Of a DNA stretch of 41,718 nucleotides, positions 1-7,032 are shown piece by piece. The stretch comes from a virus. Taxonomy: Duplodnaviria > Caudoviricetes. Within the stretch, counting starts at the first letter, position 1. Every line of letters starts with the position of its first letter. The DNA is taken from positions 1 to 41,718 of the IMG/VR virus record IMGVR_UViG_3300028585_000037, one strand, 5' to 3'. The position numbers were made by a program, and so were the translations under genes. The notes under the pieces were generated by a model. It ran no database searches, was not told the DNA's origin, and saw nothing but the letters and a program-made list of their open reading frames with translations.

Positions 1-160
1 GTGCGTTGGCCAGGATGGCAGGCTTGATTCCGTTGGGCGACACGCCGCCGCGGCAGGCCGCGCGCCGACTTGCCTGAGGGCGCGGGGCGTACTAAGCACG
101 ACAACCGATATGTGACGGCAGAGGATCTTCAATGTCTTACCAGCCCATTTTAAAAAACGA

Positions 161-184
161 AAAAGCCCCGGCATCGGGGCTTTT
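161..184. terminator. Intrinsic terminator, likely the original host terminator of the tRNA
   Basis: AAAAGCCCCG-GCAT-CGGGGCTTTT hairpin with A/T tracts on both sides, 10 nt past the CCA end of the displaced tRNA fragment. Confidence 0.8.
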
Positions 185-194
185 GCAGAATGCT

Positions 195-257
195 TGGCGG
201 AAGCGGTGAGATTCGAACTCACGAACGGCTCACACCGTCGGCAGTTTTCAAGACTGC
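195..257. repeat. att core, left copy (displaced 3' part of tRNA-Ser)
   Basis: TGGCGGAAGCGG...TTTTCAAGACTGC is identical over 63 bp to 41595-41657; identity stops at the end of the anticodon stem. Confidence 0.97.
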
Positions 258-272
258 CATCTTCTCTAACTG

Positions 273-372
273 AATCAGTAGTTTAGAGAAATATCATTTC
301 CGCAAATCTTCCATTCGACTGCCCATTAAGCCATTGTTTTTGTTTGTTTTCCACTGCCCTTGCGGAAACGAT
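273..372. promoter_or_regulatory. att arm: IHF-like site and inverted integrase arm-type sites
   Basis: AATCAGTAGTTTA (273-285) fits WATCARNNNNTTR; ATCATTTCCGCAA (293-305) and TTGCGGAAACGAT (360-372) are a 12/13 inverted repeat; the TTGCGGA motif recurs at 41472-41496. Confidence 0.55.
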
Positions 373-452
373 TTACAACCCAAAATTTACATTGCAAAAA
401 ATCAACATAACTGTATTATTGTCTTACCGATAATTTTATTGTGAGGGATGTG

Positions 453-1175
453 ATGTTGTTCGATGACGAGTTTTTGGCCTCAATTCCTAGCGATCCAATC
501 GCTTCGGGTATCGCTGTATGCGAGCTTGCGTTAGCACAAGTTGGCGAGGGAGGGCAATGGATGCCTGAAGAACATGCTGCGTTGCTCGAAGGATTCACAT
601 TGCTCGTTGCAATGCGTGAGGGAGATCTGATCCGTTACCTAACGGACGAGCCTGACCTAGGTGGCATGGACGTACCCAATGACTGTCGACGGACACAAGC
701 CTTCCTCAAATCAGTACAGCAAGAACTAGGCGCAACAAAAAAAACCGCAGCACTGGAATCGCTAAAAAACCGTTTTGCTAATAAGCTGAAAACTGGATTT
801 GCCTACGAATTTACACAGGCAGATCTTCAGCGTATTCAAACATTAGTAAATCAGCTGCGCGATCAAGTTGCATCGTCAGATTTTTTTGAGCCTGACCACC
901 AAACTAGGTTGCTTAAAAGATTGGAACAGTTGCAACAGGAAATGCACAAACGAGTGTCTGATCTTGATCGCTTTTGGGGGCTGATCGGGGACGCAGGCGT
1001 TGCGCTGGGGCGAGCCGGAATGGCTGCCAAGCCGTTTGTTGACAGGATTAGCGAAATCACGCAAATAGTTTGGAACACTCAAAAACAATCCGAAGGTTTG
1101 CCAAGCAATGCGCCGCTGCCACTCTTAACGAGCGAGAAAACCCTCGATGGTAACGTGAATCCAGATCCAGAGTAA
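453..1175 (+). CDS. Hypothetical all-alpha protein, prophage-end moron
   Basis: Long ORF (GTG 441, or ATG 453 after GAGGGA), AT-richer than the phage core, oriented against the late genes; no recognised family. Confidence 0.8.
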   Translation: MLFDDEFLASIPSDPIASGIAVCELALAQVGEGGQWMPEEHAALLEGFTLLVAMREGDLIRYLTDEPDLGGMDVPNDCRRTQAFLKSVQQELGATKKTAALESLKNRFANKLKTGFAYEFTQADLQRIQTLVNQLRDQVASSDFFEPDHQTRLLKRLEQLQQEMHKRVSDLDRFWGLIGDAGVALGRAGMAAKPFVDRISEITQIVWNTQKQSEGLPSNAPLPLLTSEKTLDGNVNPDPE

Positions 1176-1269
1176 TCAGCTATCTCTACTTGAGAAGTCA
1201 CCGCTGTACTTCCAAAGCTTGGGAAGCTGCCCGGAAAATGGCTTAACCATGCGGGTTTGCGGCGACTTC

Positions 1270-1344
1270 CTGCTCCACAAAATTTCAAAATCCAACACTC
1301 CCAAAGCCAGTATTCATGCGGCAGTGGATATTTTTGTGGAGCAG
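1270..1344. repeat. 13-bp inverted repeat pair
   Basis: CTGCTCCACAAAA (1270-1282) and TTTTGTGGAGCAG (1332-1344), intergenic, 49-bp spacer. Confidence 0.8.
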
Positions 1345-1369
1345 TTTTTGGGGCTGTATCGCGACCGTT

Positions 1370-1603
1370 TTACAGTTGCGGCTGCTCTTTGACAGCCGGT
1401 TCATCTTCGAGCGTGGTACGCAGCGAATTCGCAATCATTGCACCCGTTGAAGATGAACCTTGCCGGAGCAGGTCGTGCGTCCGAAGCGCTAGTGCGCGCA
1501 AGCGCTTTACTTCCCACAGCAGCGCCCGTACGTCGGGGGAATCTAGATTGCGTTCTTGGATAGCGACCAGGTCGACGCGGGTTAGGGGCGGCTTGAAAGG
1601 CAT
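1370..1603 (-). CDS. Small hypothetical phage protein (LLWEVKRLR helix)
   Basis: 77-aa ORF just downstream of and co-oriented with the methyltransferase. Confidence 0.65.
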   Translation of the reverse strand: MPFKPPLTRVDLVAIQERNLDSPDVRALLWEVKRLRALALRTHDLLRQGSSSTGAMIANSLRTTLEDEPAVKEQPQL

Positions 1604-1630
1604 AGCATTGAGGCGTTGTGCTATGGCAGC

Positions 1631-2419
1631 TTAGAACAAGCCGGCAGGCTCAGCGGCGCGATCCCAACTGTAAATGATGACCTCGTTGCGCTCAGCACCG
1701 CGGCCACCGCCGGCTAGTGTGTACGTGACTGGAACGATGTCCATCTGAAAATCAGCGAAAATTCTGCGGATGTCCGGATGATCGTTCAAGCTGACAATCG
1801 CTTTGCCTCTCAATCGCCCCATCATCGAAGCCATCTTTTCGTATTCTTCCAAACCGAAGTCGACCCCATAGCCTGCCGTTTCCCAGTAGGGAGGATCAAG
1901 ATAGAACAGCGTGTGCGGGCGATCGTAGCGATCTATCAGCTTGGCCCAATCCATGTTCTCGATGTAAGCCCCGGACAGGCGAAGGTGTGCAGCCGACAGA
2001 TTCTCTTCGATCCGCAGTAGGTTGATAGGCGGTGCGGTTGTAGCTGTACCCCAGGACTGCCCCTCCACCTTGCCACCGAAGGCGTGTTGCTGCAGGTAGA
2101 AAAAGCGCACTGCACGCTGAATGTCGGTCAATGTGTCAGGCGGCGTCTCCTGATGCCACTTGAATACCTCGCGACTAGCAAGTGCCCACTTGAAATGGCG
2201 GACGAACTCTTCGAGGTGATGCTGCACCACTCGGTACAGTCGCACCAACTCGCCATTGATGTCGTTGATGACCTCGACCTTAGCTGGTGGCCGGAGGAAG
2301 TACAGCGCGGCGCCGCCGGCGAATACCTCGACATAACAGTCGTGGATAGGAAATTGAGGAAAAATGTGATCGGCTAAACGCCTTTTACCACCGATCCAAG
2401 GAATGATTGGATTCGCCAT
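1631..2419 (-). CDS. DNA N6-adenine methyltransferase, Dam/D12 class
   Basis: PWIGGK, motif I EVFAGGA, NDIN and catalytic DPPY; GGAGGT RBS upstream; specificity unknown. Confidence 0.93.
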   Translation of the reverse strand: MANPIIPWIGGKRRLADHIFPQFPIHDCYVEVFAGGAALYFLRPPAKVEVINDINGELVRLYRVVQHHLEEFVRHFKWALASREVFKWHQETPPDTLTDIQRAVRFFYLQQHAFGGKVEGQSWGTATTAPPINLLRIEENLSAAHLRLSGAYIENMDWAKLIDRYDRPHTLFYLDPPYWETAGYGVDFGLEEYEKMASMMGRLRGKAIVSLNDHPDIRRIFADFQMDIVPVTYTLAGGGRGAERNEVIIYSWDRAAEPAGLF

Positions 2420-2441
2420 AATTGCCCGATACCTCCATGAT

Positions 2442-2461
2442 AACTGTATATATATACAGTA
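2442..2461. promoter_or_regulatory. LexA (SOS) box upstream of the methyltransferase
   Basis: AACTGTATATATATACAGTA is 19/20 to the TACTG(TA)5CAGTA consensus; overlaps a minus-strand TATACT -10-like hexamer, about 25 bp above the ATG. Confidence 0.88.
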
Positions 2462-2525
2462 TATGCCATGCCCCTTGGAAATTTACGAATTGTTTCGTTA
2501 TCGCTCAGCTTCGTTCAGAAGTCCC

Positions 2526-2768
2526 CTAATTCGGCCAGGCCTGCACAGTCTTCGCGTGGCGCGCGGCGCATTCAGCGTACTGGCGCAGCAGATCGTTAGC
2601 CCAGGCTTGCCACACGTCGTAGTCGGCGGCGGCCGGGCGGTCGACCTGCGGACACGGCGCCGCCAGCGCGCTATCGAGGGATGCTTTTGTTGGCGGCGTC
2701 GATTGCGGCGTCGAGGTTGCGCACCCGGACAGGATCAGGCACGCAGCCATTAGGTAACTTGGGCGCAT
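2526..2768 (-). CDS. Rz1: o-spanin (outer-membrane lipoprotein)
   Basis: Lipobox LSG-C, Pro-rich segment, C-terminal ECAARH; overlaps the 3' end of the i-spanin in another frame. Confidence 0.85.
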   Translation of the reverse strand: MRPSYLMAACLILSGCATSTPQSTPPTKASLDSALAAPCPQVDRPAAADYDVWQAWANDLLRQYAECAARHAKTVQAWPN

Positions 2769-3081
2769 TGCGCAGCTCCTTGGTGAGCGCCGTCATCTTC
2801 GGCGCCAGGGTGGATTGGATAGTGCGGAACTCGGTCGCGGCGCGGCGCACCTCTGCCGCGTCGGCCTGGAGCGTCGCGAGCGCGTCTTCCGACAGCGTTG
2901 CACGGAACTCGGCGTGCGCGCGCTGCAAGTCGGCGATCTCGGTACCGTGGCGCCAGCCGTTGGCGGCCCAGCCGGCAGCACCGGCCAGCACCAGGCCGAC
3001 CAGCACCAGGATGCCGACCGCCAGCGCTCGGTACGATGTGGCCACGGCCGGGGCTGCGATTGCTGTCGCGAGCGGGATCAA
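2671..3081 (-). CDS. Rz: i-spanin (inner membrane)
   Basis: N-terminal TM, coiled coil, C-terminal Cys; probable TTG start at 3081 overlapping the endolysin stop (track ORF over-extends to 3396). Confidence 0.82.
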   Translation of the reverse strand: MIPLATAIAAPAVATSYRALAVGILVLVGLVLAGAAGWAANGWRHGTEIADLQRAHAEFRATLSEDALATLQADAAEVRRAATEFRTIQSTLAPKMTALTKELRNAPKLPNGCVPDPVRVRNLDAAIDAANKSIPR

Positions 3082-3566
3082 GGCAAGCCCCACAGGCACA
3101 GTTCGCGCTCGGCCTGGCGTCGACGCGTCAGCCCGCGCACTTCCTTGCCACCCACCTTGTTCCACATGAGCAGTGCGTTGCAGGCGCCGACCATGTCGCC
3201 GGCGTTGGTGCGGCGCGCCATGCTCGACCCGCAGAACGCGCCGACGCCGATGTTGTAGGCGGCGTCGACGAAGGCCACCTTCTGGCCGTCCGTCATGCGC
3301 GCCAGCGGCACGCAGCGCGCGATGCCGGCGGCGTGACGCTCCAGGTCGCGATCGAGCTGTGCGCGGCACTGCTCCGGCGTGTAGGTGCGACCCCACTGTG
3401 CGTCTTCGGTGGCGCCAGTGCAGTAGGTCAGCACGCCGCCGATGTCGCGGTAGGTGGTCAGCTCGGTACCTTCGAACTTCGGCGTGAGCGCAAGCAGGCC
3501 GGCAGCGGCCACGGCGCCGACCAGCGCGACCAGGCCGCGCCGCTGTGTGGTTGCGCCCTTAACCAT
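3078..3566 (-). CDS. Endolysin, GH24 lysozyme, probable SAR type
   Basis: E-x8-D-x5-T triad (EGTELTTYRDIGGVLT), YNIG and GLTRRR motifs; Gly/Ala-rich N-terminal hydrophobic anchor. Confidence 0.92.
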   Translation of the reverse strand: MVKGATTQRRGLVALVGAVAAAGLLALTPKFEGTELTTYRDIGGVLTYCTGATEDAQWGRTYTPEQCRAQLDRDLERHAAGIARCVPLARMTDGQKVAFVDAAYNIGVGAFCGSSMARRTNAGDMVGACNALLMWNKVGGKEVRGLTRRRQAERELCLWGLP

Positions 3567-3771
3567 TGCCGGTCACCGACGGTTGCGCCACGACGCGCGC
3601 GATCGCGGCGCCGAGCGAGGTCATGCCGGCGGCCACCACCAGGATGGGCGCGGTGCCGTTGGCGTACAGGTGCATGCCGGCCTCGACAGCCGATGCGATG
3701 GCGGCCAGCAGCGCGAAGCGTACCGACCAGAGTTTCGGGAACTGCTTGCGTGCGTCTTCGATGAAATTCAC
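3559..3771 (-). CDS. Small 2-TM membrane protein (holin/antiholin candidate)
   Basis: 70 aa, two hydrophobic segments, overlaps the endolysin start. Confidence 0.65.
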   Translation of the reverse strand: MNFIEDARKQFPKLWSVRFALLAAIASAVEAGMHLYANGTAPILVVAAGMTSLGAAIARVVAQPSVTGNG

Positions 3772-3819
3772 GATGCGTCCTTTCAGGTTACGCGCCAGCG
3801 CGGTGCCGGCGCCGGATGG

Positions 3820-4053
3820 TTAATCGCCCGCCTTGGCCAGCTGCGCCAGGCGCACCTCGCGCTCGCGCACCTCGAGGTCGGCCAGACGCTGCTCGCGTGC
3901 GTTCTTCTTCGCCGTGTACCAGGCGTTCAAGCCGAACGTCAGCAGCGCCGTGACGATGCCGACGAGGATGCCGACCTGGGTCAGCGTCAGCGAGGTGCCG
4001 ATTGCAACGGCGCCGCCGGCGTAGCTGCCCATTTCAGGCGGGGTGATCTTCAT
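3820..4053 (-). CDS. Holin (pinholin-like)
   Basis: 77 aa, hydrophobic TM region followed by a charged C-terminal tail; first gene of the lysis cassette. Confidence 0.7.
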   Translation of the reverse strand: MKITPPEMGSYAGGAVAIGTSLTLTQVGILVGIVTALLTFGLNAWYTAKKNAREQRLADLEVREREVRLAQLAKAGD

Positions 4054-4514
4054 TGGGGTCCTTCAACGGGCGTAAAAAAACCTGCCGCAGCAGGTTGGGT
4101 GAGCAGGGTCAGCGCGCTGGCCAGCGTGCCGGGCGAGTAGCGCCAGGGGTCCGGAATGCCAAGCGCCGCAGCGATCGCCTCCGAGCAAAACCAGCGCCCC
4201 CGCGAATGCTGAATCGGCGAGATCACGAACTGCAGGTTGCCGACCAGGTCGTAGCCGGCGCCGCGATGCGCCTCGAACCACGCCACGGCCGCGTGCTCGA
4301 GCGCCGGCGGCAGGTCGACCAGGTCCCAGCGCGCCGGGTTGAAGTCGATCAGCTTGGCGCGCACGCCGCCGTCTTCGAACGACGACGACCAGGCAAGGCC
4401 GGTGGCCAGCACCAGCTCGACGTGCGAATAAGGCGACTTCGTCCACCACCGCACCACGCGGCTGTAGATGCCGGCCAGGCCCGGGCGCGTGCCTTTGTAA
4501 AACGCTGCTTTCAT
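4050..4514 (-). CDS. Permuted papain-like (NlpC/P60, YiiX-like) hydrolase
   Basis: His-before-Cys order: YSHVEL ... YD ... WFCSE. Confidence 0.75.
   Translation of the reverse strand: MKAAFYKGTRPGLAGIYSRVVRWWTKSPYSHVELVLATGLAWSSSFEDGGVRAKLIDFNPARWDLVDLPPALEHAAVAWFEAHRGAGYDLVGNLQFVISPIQHSRGRWFCSEAIAAALGIPDPWRYSPGTLASALTLLTQPAAAGFFTPVEGPQ
4074..4096 (-). terminator. Intrinsic terminator-like hairpin inside the 3' end of the peptidase gene, ahead of the holin
   Basis: Minus strand AACCTGC-TGCG-GCAGGTT followed by a T run. Confidence 0.6.
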
Positions 4515-4518
4515 GTGG

Positions 4519-4959
4519 TCACCATTGGATGGCCGCGATCTCTTCCGGCGTGCTGGCCGCTGCCAGTTGCGCCTTCAGTTCCTGCGAGTGGTTGAAGTTC
4601 TCGGTGCCCTGGGCGGTCATCGAGGCATACATGGCGCGGAAGGCGTCGACGTCGACCAGCGGCAGCATCGTCTTGTCGGTCGCCTTCCAGCCGCCAGGCC
4701 AGCCGGCGGGAAAGGCATCGAACAGCGCGATGTGATTGGCCACGCCGTCAATGTCGGACCGGGACAGCGCGTCGCATGCGATCTGCTTGCCCGCGTGCGG
4801 GAACGTCGAGAAGTTGGCTTCCGCGCGCCATGCGTCGATCTGGCCGTTTTTCTCGGCCCGCATATCTGCCATCGAGCTTGCCCCGCCGGCTTGCTCTTCA
4901 GCGGTGAGGCTCCGGTAGACAGTCTGGCCGTTCTTCCATTCTGCGATCAGGTTGCTCAT
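4519..4959 (-). CDS. Tail fibre assembly chaperone-like protein (DUF4376-like)
   Basis: WKATDK motif and C-terminal AASTPEEIAAIQW typical of fibre chaperones; follows the fibre gene. Confidence 0.75.
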   Translation of the reverse strand: MSNLIAEWKNGQTVYRSLTAEEQAGGASSMADMRAEKNGQIDAWRAEANFSTFPHAGKQIACDALSRSDIDGVANHIALFDAFPAGWPGGWKATDKTMLPLVDVDAFRAMYASMTAQGTENFNHSQELKAQLAAASTPEEIAAIQW

Positions 4960-5984
4960 TTGCCCACCCCATAAACACGGACGGCTCCATAGATTGTTGA
5001 GTTCGACGCCGCTCGGATTGCGAACCCCGATTTAACGGCCGCTCCGAAAACAAAGCCCCGCCGTGACACTGCGACGCCGCCAGCTCCATTGAGGTTGATG
5101 CTAGTGCCGTCAATATTGAAACTGCTTGAGTCAACGGCACTTCTAGCCCCGCGAATGCTTATCGACCCGCGGAAAACACCTCCACTCGCGGATGAGAGAC
5201 TTACATTTGTGGAAGCTTGAGCGAGGGTAGCTCCGGCATTTCCAACAGCATAAGTAGTACCGGTGTCGGTCGGATTTTGATTTATATAGAATTGAAATAC
5301 CGAGGGGGAATCTGTGCTACTTGTGACGCCAGGAATCTCAATAATGTAGCTGTCATACAAGTCCGAAAATACGTCAGGAAACGCGATAGCTCCTACTGGC
5401 GTTCCGGAAGGCACTACTTGTGTCGCGAGCAGCTGGATGTTCCCGAGCTGTGTTCCAGCATCGCCATTCCGGTCCACGTAGATCACCAGCGCATCGTCCT
5501 TCGCGAACGGGCTCGCCGAGCTGCCAGCGCGGTGCGCGACGGTCATGTTCCGGTAGCCGCTACCGGACGCCACTCCGAGCACGTCGAAAAGAAGCCACTT
5601 CGATGCATCACCTGCTTTGACGATGCGGATACCGCCTTTGATAGCGCTGCTCACAAGCGACAGTGCGTCGAAGATCCCCATCATGTTCACGCCGCCCAGA
5701 GTCAGCGCATCAGCACGCAGCACCGTGGCCGCGTTCTGGGTCGCGCTCGACAAGCGCAGCTTGCCAGGCCCCGGGTCTGCATCGACGGTCGCATTGTCGA
5801 ACACGTACGGGAAGGCGTAGGCGCCACCGGCGGCAAAGGCCGACAGCGCGGCCTCAGTCGCATTCACCTGCGCGGCGAAGAGCGGCAAGTCGCGCATCAG
5901 GCCTGACATCTTGTTGTCGAAGTCCAGCTGGTCCTGCGACTGGTCCGGCATCTGCGCCGGGTCGAGCAATACGGAAATGGTCAT
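4956..5984 (-). CDS. Tail fibre / receptor-binding protein
   Basis: Lies between the tail-tip gene and the chaperone; DADPGPGKLR motif; beta-rich, AT-richer C-terminal half. Confidence 0.65.
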   Translation of the reverse strand: MTISVLLDPAQMPDQSQDQLDFDNKMSGLMRDLPLFAAQVNATEAALSAFAAGGAYAFPYVFDNATVDADPGPGKLRLSSATQNAATVLRADALTLGGVNMMGIFDALSLVSSAIKGGIRIVKAGDASKWLLFDVLGVASGSGYRNMTVAHRAGSSASPFAKDDALVIYVDRNGDAGTQLGNIQLLATQVVPSGTPVGAIAFPDVFSDLYDSYIIEIPGVTSSTDSPSVFQFYINQNPTDTGTTYAVGNAGATLAQASTNVSLSSASGGVFRGSISIRGARSAVDSSSFNIDGTSINLNGAGGVAVSRRGFVFGAAVKSGFAIRAASNSTIYGAVRVYGVGK

Positions 5985-7024
5985 ACGGTCCCTTCAATTT
6001 GCATGGACATGTCCCAGCGGGTTTTGCCCTTCACTACAGGCTTCAGGCTCGAGTAGCGGCCGAAGGCGATCGCCAGGCCATACTTGAGCGACCCGACCCA
6101 CACGATGTTCTTCTGACGGTAGGCGGCCATCAGCTCGTACACCGCGTCGACCTGGTCGGCGGCGACCACCACATCGGCGGTGATGCGCTTGGCCCAGTTC
6201 CGGACCGTGGTCTTGCTGGTGCCGTCGAAGTTGAACGAGGTGTCAGAGAAATCTTTGATCTCGGCGCCGAGCGTCATCAGGGTCTTACCCAGATCCGCCG
6301 TTGGGCCCACCACGCACATACCGCACTTCGGCGTGCCGCCAGGTTTGCGGATCGCGATCGTCACCAGCGCATTGGCGAACGGCGGCAGCTTCAAGCTCAC
6401 CGCCCAGGTCTTGCGACGGATCCGCTTGAAGGACCAGTTAAAGAAGCTCGACCCAGAGGTGGACACCTTGAGGGATTGCTCCTCCCGGTAGACCAGCCCC
6501 CGGCTCAAGTCGACCACCGACACCCTCACCTCAGCCGCATCGACGTTGCCGATGTAAAAACCCTGGCTGATCATCTGTGGTGAAAGCACGATAATGATTT
6601 CGTCCGGACTGGAAGTCTGGGTGTTGTTGTATTGGTCCAGCATCGCCCACCGGTTCGCGGCGCCGCGCGGCGTCCACGCCCCGGTGTCCGTCAGCGCCCT
6701 GCCGACGTTGCTGGCGATGAGCGACTGAAATACGTTGTGGCTGACCGGGTCGTAGACCAGTGCATCCTTCGCGTAGGTCGCCGCCGCACTGTAGGCAGGC
6801 TCGGCGATCGGCACGTTCGAATACACCAGGCCGGCGCCGGCGCTGATCACTTCGCCGGCGTCGAGCAGGGCATACGGCGCTTTGCTCAAGTCGGCCGGGT
6901 CATAGGTGACCCGCAGGGTATTGGCCGGCGCCATCTGCTGCACGCCGTTCCGGTCGTAGTACGGTGCCGGAGCAGCGCGCGTGCAGGTGACGTCGCCCAG
7001 GACGACAGGTTCGATGATGTCCAT
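5981..7024 (-). CDS. Minor tail (tail-tip) protein with a small carbohydrate-binding-like insert
   Basis: Directly follows the tape measure; YSAAATYAKDALV..VFQSL..W resembles CBM5/12-type modules. Confidence 0.65.
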   Translation of the reverse strand: MDIIEPVVLGDVTCTRAAPAPYYDRNGVQQMAPANTLRVTYDPADLSKAPYALLDAGEVISAGAGLVYSNVPIAEPAYSAAATYAKDALVYDPVSHNVFQSLIASNVGRALTDTGAWTPRGAANRWAMLDQYNNTQTSSPDEIIIVLSPQMISQGFYIGNVDAAEVRVSVVDLSRGLVYREEQSLKVSTSGSSFFNWSFKRIRRKTWAVSLKLPPFANALVTIAIRKPGGTPKCGMCVVGPTADLGKTLMTLGAEIKDFSDTSFNFDGTSKTTVRNWAKRITADVVVAADQVDAVYELMAAYRQKNIVWVGSLKYGLAIAFGRYSSLKPVVKGKTRWDMSMQIEGTV

Positions 7025-7032
7025 CGGGTTCC

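Noticed and set aside
195-257. Second tRNA-Ser gene at the left end
   Set aside because: It lacks the 5' acceptor strand and D-arm; it is the att duplicate
411-430. Possible second LexA box (CTGTATTATT...) before the left moron
   Set aside because: No CAG at the required 10-bp spacing
3082-3396. N-terminal extension of the 241-aa Rz ORF
   Set aside because: Arg-rich off-frame overlap with the endolysin; a coupled TTG at 3081 gives a normal i-spanin
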